From positions 1 to 30,498 of the forward strand of contig CAYFTY010000001.1 of NCBI GenBank assembly GCA_964346045.1: 30,498 bases of DNA, read 5' to 3'. This document shows positions 7,536 to 16,280 of this stretch, one piece after another. The notes beneath the pieces were generated by a model. That model was not told the DNA's origin. It did not search any database and worked only from the letters and a program-made list of their open reading frames with translations. The first letter of the stretch is position 1, and each line of letters opens with the position of its first letter. This DNA is from an uncultured Bradymonadales bacterium (lineage in GTDB: Bacteria; Myxococcota_A; Bradymonadia; Bradymonadales; Bradymonadaceae). A program made the position numbers and the translations under genes.

Positions 7536-9674
7536 ATGATGAAACGAATGATCACAATCTTGATGGTACTCGCATTCGCAGCCGCGTGCGGCGACGATAC
7601 TGAGGTTCCTGACAATAACACCAACAATACGAACAACGCCGGTGGCGACACCGACGTCGTCGATATGGAGCCGGATGCGGATCCCGACATGGCCGAACCG
7701 GACATGGATCCCGACATGGACCCAGACGTTCCGGATATGGATTCCGACATGGATGTGGTCACCCCGGATATGGGCGATGACATGGAAGCCGACACGGGCG
7801 CTGACATGCCCGAAGAAATGGACATGGAGGAGTTCGACGCACTTCGGACCTGTCTCGAGGATTGTGCCTACAACGGACCGATGGCCGACCAGGTCGATTG
7901 CGACTATGACGGCATTTCGAATGCCGAAGAGATTGTCCAACTCGGAACCGACGCGTGTGAGGTCGATACCGACGGCGATGGCCTGAGTGACCTGGACGAA
8001 CTCCAGGCTGCGACCGATCCACTCAACGCTGATTCCGATGGCGATGGCCTCGAGGACGGGCGTGAGCTCGATTTTGGCTTTGACCCGAACAATCCGAATT
8101 CACTCAACGACATGCCGCCGATTGCCGATGGCGATCGATGGGTCGTGAATGCATGCAACAACCCCGAGGCAGAAGCCGTGAATTTCTACACGGACGGCCC
8201 CGGAGACTGGCGCATCGCATTGCCGCCAGCTTTCTCGTACGACAGCCTCACGGTTGCAACGGCGACCGCAAGTAATAAGCAGGCCGCCGCGGTCTTCGAC
8301 GACCCGGCCACCGAGGTCTCGGGATTCATTCTCTCGCGTGCCTCGACGGGAACGACGCCTGCACCGGTCGACCTCGTTCAGCAAGTCAACCTCGGTGCCG
8401 TCGGCTCGCTTCAGCAGGGTAATACCGGCGGTGAGTTCGACACGTGGGATGGCAACAAGGCTTCGGTTCGTCGTGAACTTCGGCGTACATCGCAGCTTCG
8501 TTCGGCCCGTCAGGTTCGCGACCAGGCACTCTTTGCCATCGCGCCCTTCGGCCCGGCAGACGTGACGGGTGTGCCGCCTTCGGCAGGTAATACCTACAAC
8601 GACTTCCGTATCTTCGTATCGGTGACAGTACGTCCCGACCCGATCGGCGGAGACCGCATCATCACGGCAGTTGCACTCGCGCCGGCACAGAAATTCGACC
8701 AGCGCGAAAAGGTGCGCTTCCGAATCGATGACCTCTCGAATACCACGAACGTCGGTCAGGCTGGCGACGAACCGCGTACCGGATGCACCACCTTCCGGGC
8801 GACCGAGGGCGCGCCCGCTGCAGACTTCTACTGGGTGATGGACCAGTCGGGCTCGATGTTCGACGACTTCGCAACCCTCATCAGCGTCGGTAATAGCTTC
8901 TTCTCGGCACTCGCCAACTCGCCGCTCGACTATCGACTCGGTGTTGCGAACATGGACGGCCCGACCGAGGGACGTCTACGGGTGCCGCCAGCATGGCACA
9001 AGACCCTTCAGGACTTCACCGACGAGATCAACGGTCACGTGATTAACTGCACGGGCTGCAGTGGAGGACAGGAGTTCGGTCTTCAGGCGGCTCAGGATGG
9101 CATCACCTACATGCGCGGCTCGGCTTCGAGTCAGGTCGAACGTATTCGTGCCGATGCGACCCTGGTCACGATCTGGATGTCCGATGAGGAAGCCCAGTCG
9201 GTCAAAGATGCAGGCGGCGCGAGCAGCAGCTCGGGAAGCAGTCTGGTCGCACAGTACACGAACTTCTTCACGCCGCAGACGGTTGGCTTTGCAATCGTTG
9301 CTACCGACAGCGCGTGTTCGAGCGACCAGTACGAGGGCGACGCCTATCAGGCCGTCGCGCTGGCGACCGGCGGTACGGTTGCTTCGCTTTGCGATAGTGA
9401 CCTGAGCGAGACGATTCAGGAAATCATCATCGCCGCCTCGGCTTCTGCGTCGAACTTCACCCTGCCGCGGACCCCGGTTTCGAGCACGCTGCGCGTGTTC
9501 AAAAATGGCGAGTTCGTGCCGCGTAGTCGTGAAAACGGGTTCGATTACTTCGCCAACACGAATAGCGTGGCGTTCTTCGGAACCTATCGGCCTGAGACGC
9601 CCGATCCGGTGAATTTCTTCTACGGTGATGACTTCGCCGTGAGTTACGAGTATCTCACCGACCGAACGAAGTAA
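7536..9674 (+). CDS. Large surface lipoprotein: acidic linker, TSP3-like Ca-binding repeats, unknown middle domain, vWA/MIDAS domain
   Basis: Lipobox AAA-C18; DxDxDG repeats at 7896-8102; MIDAS motif DQSGS at 8841-8855; downstream WMSDEE; GGAGG RBS. Confidence 0.85.
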   Translation: MMKRMITILMVLAFAAACGDDTEVPDNNTNNTNNAGGDTDVVDMEPDADPDMAEPDMDPDMDPDVPDMDSDMDVVTPDMGDDMEADTGADMPEEMDMEEFDALRTCLEDCAYNGPMADQVDCDYDGISNAEEIVQLGTDACEVDTDGDGLSDLDELQAATDPLNADSDGDGLEDGRELDFGFDPNNPNSLNDMPPIADGDRWVVNACNNPEAEAVNFYTDGPGDWRIALPPAFSYDSLTVATATASNKQAAAVFDDPATEVSGFILSRASTGTTPAPVDLVQQVNLGAVGSLQQGNTGGEFDTWDGNKASVRRELRRTSQLRSARQVRDQALFAIAPFGPADVTGVPPSAGNTYNDFRIFVSVTVRPDPIGGDRIITAVALAPAQKFDQREKVRFRIDDLSNTTNVGQAGDEPRTGCTTFRATEGAPAADFYWVMDQSGSMFDDFATLISVGNSFFSALANSPLDYRLGVANMDGPTEGRLRVPPAWHKTLQDFTDEINGHVINCTGCSGGQEFGLQAAQDGITYMRGSASSQVERIRADATLVTIWMSDEEAQSVKDAGGASSSSGSSLVAQYTNFFTPQTVGFAIVATDSACSSDQYEGDAYQAVALATGGTVASLCDSDLSETIQEIIIAASASASNFTLPRTPVSSTLRVFKNGEFVPRSRENGFDYFANTNSVAFFGTYRPETPDPVNFFYGDDFAVSYEYLTDRTK
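7611..7833 (+). repeat. Coding low-complexity repeats: NNT units followed by (P)DM units
   Basis: DNNTNNTNNA then MEPDADPDMAEPDMDPDMDPDVPDMDSDMD...; recurring CCCGACATGG/GACATGG in the DNA. Confidence 0.85.
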
Positions 9675-9697
9675 GCCGAAACATTGCCAGGATTGAG

Positions 9698-9724
9698 AGG
9701 GCGTCCGTCGGGGCGCCCTTTTTT
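9698..9724 (+). terminator. Intrinsic terminator after the vWA lipoprotein gene
   Basis: AGGGCGTCC-gtcg-GGGCGCCCT with a T-run at 9719-9724. Confidence 0.8.
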
Positions 9725-9983
9725 ATGATTTGAAGCGGCGCACATAAAGCTGGGGGTCGAGGCCTTTATTCCATCGCACGAGCACCTGAACCGCCCCCTG
9801 GTAAGCAGGTTCGTTGTCGAGGTTCACATGCGTCCAGACGTCTTCGACCTCGCAGACTTTGGTTGTCTCTTCATATTTGACGAGGATGTGTTCGCCGATG
9901 CGCGGTGCACGAAAGAGATGACTGCTGCGTGCGCTCGGAACGGGGATCGTGGCGTTTTTGTCGACGATGAGAATTTGATACAT
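9723..9983 (-). CDS. Small hypothetical protein (86 aa), probably beta-rich
   Basis: Fills the gap between the terminator and the divergent aminotransferase; ATG start; protein-like composition; no family recognised. Confidence 0.55.
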   Translation of the reverse strand: MYQILIVDKNATIPVPSARSSHLFRAPRIGEHILVKYEETTKVCEVEDVWTHVNLDNEPAYQGAVQVLVRWNKGLDPQLYVRRFKS

Positions 9984-10060
9984 GCTCTGCTCGCGGGTCG
10001 TTGGTCCAATACCTCAGTATTAAGCCCGCTTCAGCGTTTACGCCAGAAAGAGGACAAAAC

Positions 10061-11473
10061 GTGGATGGAACATCCCTGCCGAGCATCGTGACCGAGATCC
10101 CGGGCCCGAAATCACGGAACTGGGTTTCTCGACTTGCCGAGACCGAATGCCCGGCTATCACAGCGCGCCGAGCTCGGAGAGCCGATGAAACGGGTGTGCC
10201 TCAGGATCCGATCGTGTGGGACGAGGCACTCGGGGCGAACGTCCGTGACGTCGACGGCAATCTCTACGTCGACCTCACGGGAGCCTTTGCCGTAGGTGGG
10301 CTCGGACATCGCCACCCTGCAGTAGTCGAAGCCATGCAGCGTCAGGGCTCGCGGTTGATCCATGCCATGGGGGACGTCTACCCGAGCGATGCAAAGATTC
10401 TCTTCAGCGAGAAACTCGCCGAGCTTGCGCCCGGGGCGCTGAGACAGTCGATTCTCGGAATGTCTGGAGCGGACGCCATCACCGCCGCATTGAAGACTGC
10501 CGTGGTTCATACGGGAAAGACCGGTATCCTCGCATTCTGGGGTGGATATCACGGACTTTCCTACGGCGCGCTCGCCCCCACCGGCTACCGGAGTTCATTT
10601 CGAGAGCCATTTCTTTCGCAATTGAACGCACATGTTCATTTTGCGCCCTATCCGGATCGTTTTCGCCCACCATTTGGGCTCGATGGCGAACCGCCCGAAG
10701 TGATTCGAGACGCCGTGCTCACCCATGTGCACAGCATGCTCGCAAACCCTGCCAGCGGTGTCGCCGGGGTAGGGGCGATGATCGTCGAGCCCATTCAGGG
10801 TCGCGGCGGCGAGGTCGTGCCGCCCGATGGATTCCTATCGGGACTGCGCGAGGTCTGCGATGAGTTTGGCATCGTTCTCATTTTTGACGAGATCTTCACC
10901 GGGTTCGCACGCACCGGAGACCTCTTTGCCTGCGAGCACGAAGACGTGATTCCCGACCTGATGTGCCTGGGCAAAGCCATGGGCGGCGGCTTCCCGCTTT
11001 CGGCCGTGATCGGAACCCCCGAGGTCATGGGCTCCTGGGGCAATTCGAAGGGAGAAGCCATCCACACCAGTACGTTTTTGGGCAATCCGCTCGGGTGTGC
11101 CATGGGAACCGCTGCGCTGAGCGCACTGGTCCATGAGAAATGGGCGAAACGCAATGCCCGACGGGGCGAAGAGATGATGCGAGACCTCGCCGAAATCGCC
11201 GAAAGGCACCCTCGACATATCGGCGACGTTCGGGGGCGCGGGCTCATGATAGGTGTCGATCTCGTCCAAGATGGAGATCCTCGAAAACCTGCATCATCAT
11301 TGGCGCTCGCGCTCATGGACGGCCTGCGGCAGGAAGGCTTTCTCATTCTGCCGTCGGGGGTCGATGGAAATGTCATCGGTCTCTCGCCACCCTTCGTTCT
11401 CACGGACGAACAGTGGTCGGCCTTTCTGGAGGCGTTCGAAAAACAGGTTGTACAAGCCGACGGCAGCATGTAA
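10061..11473 (+). CDS. Class-III PLP-dependent aminotransferase (GabT/ArgD-like, substrate unknown)
   Basis: YVDLTGAFAVGGLGH; EPIQGRGG; FDEIFTGFARTG; Schiff-base Lys in CLGKAMGGG; HTSTFLGNP. Start moved to GTG 10061 after the GAGGA RBS. Confidence 0.92.
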   Translation: MDGTSLPSIVTEIPGPKSRNWVSRLAETECPAITARRARRADETGVPQDPIVWDEALGANVRDVDGNLYVDLTGAFAVGGLGHRHPAVVEAMQRQGSRLIHAMGDVYPSDAKILFSEKLAELAPGALRQSILGMSGADAITAALKTAVVHTGKTGILAFWGGYHGLSYGALAPTGYRSSFREPFLSQLNAHVHFAPYPDRFRPPFGLDGEPPEVIRDAVLTHVHSMLANPASGVAGVGAMIVEPIQGRGGEVVPPDGFLSGLREVCDEFGIVLIFDEIFTGFARTGDLFACEHEDVIPDLMCLGKAMGGGFPLSAVIGTPEVMGSWGNSKGEAIHTSTFLGNPLGCAMGTAALSALVHEKWAKRNARRGEEMMRDLAEIAERHPRHIGDVRGRGLMIGVDLVQDGDPRKPASSLALALMDGLRQEGFLILPSGVDGNVIGLSPPFVLTDEQWSAFLEAFEKQVVQADGSM

Positions 11474-11505
11474 TCACCACGGGGTGTGCCAGATAGTGGA
11501 TTTCT

Positions 11506-11970
11506 ATGGACCCCATCATCGAACGATCAGCCGGGGGAGTACTTTTCAAGGTCGACGACGATCAGGCCGAAGTTTGTCTGATCCAGGTGCGTACTCGGGG
11601 CGGGAATCCGAGCTGGCGCCTTCCCAAAGGGTCTATCGAGCAAGAAGAGACACCTGAAGAAGCTGCAGTACGCGAAACCCAGGAAGAGACCGGCTGCACC
11701 GGCGAAATCATCACCGAATTGAGCGAGATCGAATACTGGTACACGCGCAGCGACGATGGTGAAAAAGTTCGGGTCAAAAAGGTCGTCCGTTTCTTTTTGA
11801 TGGAGTACCAGGAAGGCGATATCGCCGACCATGATCACGAGGTCATTGATGCGCGCTGGATGAATCTCGACGAAGCCCTCAAAGAGATTTCTTACGACGC
11901 CGAAAGTCGGGTGCTCCAGGAAGCGATCCACTCGTGGGACGCCCATCTTTATCGACAGGGTCTTCTCTGA
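11506..11970 (+). CDS. Nudix hydrolase, Ap4A-hydrolase-like
   Basis: Nudix box GSIEQEETPEEAAVRETQEETG; N-terminal SAGGV and LPKG motifs. Confidence 0.93.
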   Translation: MDPIIERSAGGVLFKVDDDQAEVCLIQVRTRGGNPSWRLPKGSIEQEETPEEAAVRETQEETGCTGEIITELSEIEYWYTRSDDGEKVRVKKVVRFFLMEYQEGDIADHDHEVIDARWMNLDEALKEISYDAESRVLQEAIHSWDAHLYRQGLL

Positions 11971-12016
11971 CCTTTCACTCATGACAAAGCCGGGGGCGAG
12001 AGGCTAGAATCGGCGC

Positions 12017-15000
12017 ATGAGACTTGGGCCGTTCGAGATACACTCTCAGGTGGGCGAAGGGGGCATGGGGCGCGTATTTCGCGCATCGCATGTTTCTGAG
12101 CCCGTCGAGGTCGCCATCAAGGTTCTGACCGGCGAGCGCGCCCGTGATGCACGATACCTCGAGGCATTCGCAAGAGAGGTCCGCGCAGTGGCCGCCATGG
12201 ACCACCCGGGCATCGTCGCTGTTCACGATTTCGGGCGGATTACCCCGGAATTCGAGAGCGACTCCGACGGCGAGTTTGTTGCGGGTAGCCCCTATCTCGT
12301 GATGGACCTGATCGAAGGAGGCACACTCGCTTCACGCGCGAGGTCGATGAACTGGCGCGAATTCAGGGCGGCTCTACTGATGACGCTGGATGCGCTGGCA
12401 CACGCGCACGCTCGCGGGCTGATTCACCGCGATCTCAAGCCCAACAACATCATGGTCGATGCGGCAGATGCCAGAAGCGGTCTGCTCAAGCTCACGGATT
12501 TTGGTCTGGCACACGCTTTACCCGTGTCAGGTCTCGGCGCCGACGAAGAGCAGCCCGAGGAACGCGTGGCGGGAAGCAATCGTCGCATCATCGGAACCCC
12601 GACGTACATGGCGCCCGAGCAGATTGAAGGGCGCGACCGCGAGTTGGGACCGTGGACCGATCTCTATGCGTTAGGTTGTCTGGCGTATCGTCTGGCGACG
12701 GGCGCTCCCCCCTTTGTGCATACCGATCGAGTCGAGATCTTGCGCTCTCATCTGCGCGAAAAACCGCCTGCGTTCGCGCCGAGATTTGCATGTCCCGTCG
12801 GTCTTCGAGGTTGGCTCGATACCCTGCTCCGCAAAGATCCTATGGGGCGCTTCACACGGGCCGCAGATGCAGCGTACGCGCTGCTGCAGATTCCAGAGGG
12901 CGAGTGGATCGATCCCGTTCGCACCTCGAATGCGGACTTTCCCGAAGATGGGACCACCTTGCTCGATGTCCCCCTTTCAGATGCCTCGGTGTCCCTTACG
13001 CACGAGTGGCTCGACGAACCACGAACGGGTCGCGACTTCCAAAAGACTCCACCGCTCCCATCGACCTGGCGTCTCGACCGTTCGATGGACCAGCGAATGC
13101 CCCTTGGTGGTGCGGGTCTGGGGCTCTATGGCCTGCGGTCCATTCGACTCGTGGGGCGGGGAAACGAACTCGATTATCTCTGGAACTCTCTTCGAATCGT
13201 TGCAAGCCGCGGCGAGTCGCGAGCCGTCGCGCTCACGGGGGGGCCGGGCGTCGGTAAATCACGTATCGCGCAGACGCTGACCGAACGAGCACACGAAGTA
13301 GGCGCGGCCCACATACTCACTGCGCATTACGCGCCCGAGCCGCCCCTCATCTCGCCGATCGCGGCGATGATTCGAGATTTTGTGCGCGCTGGATCGCTTC
13401 GACGAAACGGTGTGCTCGGTCGGCTGCGTCAATTTCTTCCCGGCGGCGTCGAATCAGACCAGCTTTTCGAGATGCTTGCGCTCTCAGAGATGATTGCTCC
13501 GGGAACCGGCGGTGCCGAGGATACGAGGCTTACGCTCACGAGCATGGACGAGCGCTACACCGCCGTCGCCAAATTCATTGAGGGGCTGACCCGCGACCGC
13601 CCTGTCGTGGTCTGGATCGACGACGGCCACTGGAGCATCGAGGCGATTGGCTTCGCTGCTTATCTCGCTCAGTCTGACCTGCCCGTTCTCACCATCATCA
13701 CGATTCGCGACGACGTCATGGCGTCGCGCGACTACGAGAATGCTCTGCTCGAAAATGTGCTCGAAGATACGCCGCTCGAACGCCTCGAGGTGCCCCCGCT
13801 CGACGATGATGACCAGGAAGAGCTCGTAAAAACTCTGCTCGGGCTCGAAGATTCGCTCGCGCGTCAGGTCCTTCAGCGGGCCGACGGGAATCCACTCTTC
13901 GCGATCCAGCTCGTCGGTGATTGGGTCGATCGCGCAGCTTTGATGAGCAGCCCCAACGGCTTCCGGCTCAAGCCGGGTGAGAAGGCCTCGATCCCCGACG
14001 ATATTCACGAGGTCTGGGTGCGGCGCGTCGATGAAGTGCGCGACGAATTCCAGGGCGCCGAACCGGAGCGGATCGTCGCGGCGCTCGAGACCGCCGCTGC
14101 ATTGGGCGAGAGGATCGATATCGGAGAGTGGCTCGAGGTGATCTCGGATATGGAGGTTCCCGTCGACTTTGTCGAACACCTCACCGAGATGCGGCTCGCC
14201 GCCATCAACGACGATGAGACATGGTCGTTCGTGCATGGGATGTTCCGAGAAAGTATTGCGCGCCGAGCGGTCGAGTCACAACGGTGGGCGCAGGCACATC
14301 TGCGCTGCGTTCGTGGCCTCGAGCGACATCATCGATCGATCTGGGGAGGTGTGGCCCAGCGCGCGGGACAGCATTATTACGAGGCTGGCGAATATCGGCA
14401 GGCTCTCGAACCGCTCGAGCGTGCGGCTGTCGGTGCCTTTTCGGAAGGAGAATTTCAGCGAGGTCTGCGACTCCTTTCGCTGCGCGAGGAAGCCATGCTC
14501 GCGGCTTCGATTCCCCAGACCGATCAGAGCTGGGCGGACTCGTTCGTGCTGCGAGCGCGTATGCTCTTTGGACACGGTGATATCGAGGGAGCGCGCGGTA
14601 TCATCGAAGAAATCGAGCGAATCTCAGGTCCGCTTGGATGGAAAATTCAGCGAAAGGTCCACTGGCTCAAAGCGATCATCTGTGTGCGCACAGGAGAACT
14701 ACGTGAGGCACGCGAGCTCTTTGTGAAGGCGCTCGAAGCCACCGATGCCGAAGAAGTCGATTTTTACGCAGATGTGGTTCAGGGATTGGGGGCGGCACTC
14801 TCGGCACTTGGCGAGGCTGATGAGGCGATCGCGCGATACGAGCAGTCCATCGAGCTCTTTGGAAAGACGGGTCGACTCGTCGGGATCGGAAACGCGCATG
14901 CGGGCATTGCTCAGATGTTGATTGGCGTCGGCGACTTCGAGCAGGCCGCCGAGCGCCTCGAAGAGTCGAAAGAGGCGTTCGAGGAGGCCGGCAATCGAGT

Positions 15001-15514
15001 AGGCCTCTCGCGAACTTTGAACGATATCGGGGACCTACATCGCGATCAGCGACGTCTCGATGAGGCCGAACGACATTACAGGGCGGCACAGAGGCTCATG
15101 GAGGCAACGGGGTCAGCCTACGTGGGCGTTCCCATGGTGAACCGGGCCTTTGTCTTGCTCGCACGGGACGAGGCCGAAGCTGCATTGGAGCTGGCCGAAA
15201 GGGCGCGCCGACGATTGATCCAACACGAGGTGCTCGGCATTGCCGGTTATACGCATCTGGTGCCATTGGTTGTTCATGCCGAATCCGGTGCGATCGAACA
15301 TTTTCGTTCGGTTTTCGAAACCTTCGTGGAGTTCCTCGAGAGTGGAAACGTCGACCGAGACATTGCCGAATTCGCGCTCCGGGCAGGATCGGCTGCACTG
15401 CGCAATGGTTGGGAGGAGACGACCCAGCTCTATCAAATCTCCCGCGACCAATTCGCGAAGCTCGGCGATTCGGTTCGAGCCGAGGAGGTCGCCGAACTAC
15501 TCGAACTCATCTGA
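12017..15514 (+). CDS. Hanks-type Ser/Thr kinase fused to a STAND-like P-loop NTPase and TPR repeats
   Basis: GEGGMG, VAIK, HRDLKPNN, DFG, GTPTYMAPEQ, DLYALG; Walker A GGPGVGKS; Walker B WIDDGHW; GNPLF; C-terminal TPR-like helices. Confidence 0.92.
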   Translation: MRLGPFEIHSQVGEGGMGRVFRASHVSEPVEVAIKVLTGERARDARYLEAFAREVRAVAAMDHPGIVAVHDFGRITPEFESDSDGEFVAGSPYLVMDLIEGGTLASRARSMNWREFRAALLMTLDALAHAHARGLIHRDLKPNNIMVDAADARSGLLKLTDFGLAHALPVSGLGADEEQPEERVAGSNRRIIGTPTYMAPEQIEGRDRELGPWTDLYALGCLAYRLATGAPPFVHTDRVEILRSHLREKPPAFAPRFACPVGLRGWLDTLLRKDPMGRFTRAADAAYALLQIPEGEWIDPVRTSNADFPEDGTTLLDVPLSDASVSLTHEWLDEPRTGRDFQKTPPLPSTWRLDRSMDQRMPLGGAGLGLYGLRSIRLVGRGNELDYLWNSLRIVASRGESRAVALTGGPGVGKSRIAQTLTERAHEVGAAHILTAHYAPEPPLISPIAAMIRDFVRAGSLRRNGVLGRLRQFLPGGVESDQLFEMLALSEMIAPGTGGAEDTRLTLTSMDERYTAVAKFIEGLTRDRPVVVWIDDGHWSIEAIGFAAYLAQSDLPVLTIITIRDDVMASRDYENALLENVLEDTPLERLEVPPLDDDDQEELVKTLLGLEDSLARQVLQRADGNPLFAIQLVGDWVDRAALMSSPNGFRLKPGEKASIPDDIHEVWVRRVDEVRDEFQGAEPERIVAALETAAALGERIDIGEWLEVISDMEVPVDFVEHLTEMRLAAINDDETWSFVHGMFRESIARRAVESQRWAQAHLRCVRGLERHHRSIWGGVAQRAGQHYYEAGEYRQALEPLERAAVGAFSEGEFQRGLRLLSLREEAMLAASIPQTDQSWADSFVLRARMLFGHGDIEGARGIIEEIERISGPLGWKIQRKVHWLKAIICVRTGELREARELFVKALEATDAEEVDFYADVVQGLGAALSALGEADEAIARYEQSIELFGKTGRLVGIGNAHAGIAQMLIGVGDFEQAAERLEESKEAFEEAGNRVGLSRTLNDIGDLHRDQRRLDEAERHYRAAQRLMEATGSAYVGVPMVNRAFVLLARDEAEAALELAERARRRLIQHEVLGIAGYTHLVPLVVHAESGAIEHFRSVFETFVEFLESGNVDRDIAEFALRAGSAALRNGWEETTQLYQISRDQFAKLGDSVRAEEVAELLELI

Positions 15515-15535
15515 AAGTCCCCGAGTTGCAAAACT

Positions 15536-15564
15536 TTGACCTTCATCTCCATCCGCACTAGCCT
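15536..15564 (+). promoter_or_regulatory. Putative sigma70 promoter of the TSP3 lipoprotein gene
   Basis: TTGACC, 17-nt spacer, TAGCCT. Confidence 0.6.
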
Positions 15565-15588
15565 CTCCACATGGATCAGGAGGGTCGC

Positions 15589-16068
15589 GTGAAGAAAGGG
15601 GTTCGAATACTCGTCGCATCACTCTGTGTCTGGGGGCTGACAGCCTGCGGCGCATCGAAGAAGACCCAGGACCCGGCGCCCGAGGCTGCGGAGCAAACTC
15701 AGCAGCCGGCAGAGCCGCCACCGGAATGTTTACCCGGCTGTCAGGAAAATGACGACGGGGTCTGCGAGACATCGGCGCGCTCGGTGGATCCCAGCGGCCG
15801 GATCGAAGAGCAGACGATCGAGTGCGATCCCCGATGTTGTAGCGGCGAATCGCCCTCGCAAAACGCGATCGATGCAGACGGCGACGGCATCATCAACGAT
15901 CGTGACGAGTGCATCGAGGAAGCCGAAGATTTCGACGGGTTTCAGGACGATGACGGATGCCCCGATCCCGATAATGACGGCGACAATATTCTGGACGCCG
16001 ACGATATCTGTCCTCTCGACGCTGAAGATTTCGACGGCTTCCAGGACGACGATGGTTGCCCGGACTAA
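15589..16068 (+). CDS. Small lipoprotein with a Cys-rich segment and two C-terminal TSP3-like repeats
   Basis: GTG after a GGAGG RBS; lipobox LTA-C; repeats ending EDFDGFQDDDGCPD. Confidence 0.8.
   Translation: MKKGVRILVASLCVWGLTACGASKKTQDPAPEAAEQTQQPAEPPPECLPGCQENDDGVCETSARSVDPSGRIEEQTIECDPRCCSGESPSQNAIDADGDGIINDRDECIEEAEDFDGFQDDDGCPDPDNDGDNILDADDICPLDAEDFDGFQDDDGCPD
15871..16065 (+). repeat. Tandem duplication of a 99-nt TSP3-like unit (second copy 96 nt)
   Basis: DADGDGIINDRDECIEEAEDFDGFQDDDGCPDP (15871-15969) and DNDGDNILDADDICPLDAEDFDGFQDDDGCPD (15970-16065). Confidence 0.9.
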
Positions 16069-16260
16069 TTAACCAGGGGCGAGTTGGTTGACCCAGATCG
16101 CGTCGATGTCGACCGAAGTCTGGATGAGTGAATGTTCGCTCATCCAGCTTTCCAGACTCTCGTAGTACGCCCGCGCCATCGTAAAGTCGAAGACGAAGCA
16201 GGGCACCGTGGCCTCGAAGTCGGGCTTCAGGAACCATTCGAGTCCAATTCGCAATTTCAT
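16069..16260 (-). pseudogene. Internally deleted NMT1/THI5-family gene (N- and C-termini fused in frame)
   Basis: GAGGAG RBS 6 nt before ATG; N-terminus MKLRIGLEWFLKPD resembles the THI5/NMT1 start (LxWxxxPxH) and joins directly to a C-terminus-like segment (YYESLESWMSEHSLIQ...WVNQL); only 63 aa versus about 300 aa typical of the family. Confidence 0.6.
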
Positions 16261-16280
16261 TCATTGCTCCTCAACCTCGG

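Noticed and set aside
7650-7833. GACATGG repeats as a possible CRISPR array
   Set aside because: Short, irregular, in frame in a lipoprotein; no unique spacers and no cas genes.
15513-15520. GAAAGTCC resembling the RNase P RNA signature
   Set aside because: The intergenic space is only about 75 nt and no other RNase P elements are present.
15600-15610. GGTTCGAAT resembling a tRNA T-loop
   Set aside because: Lies in a signal-peptide coding region and no cloverleaf can be formed.
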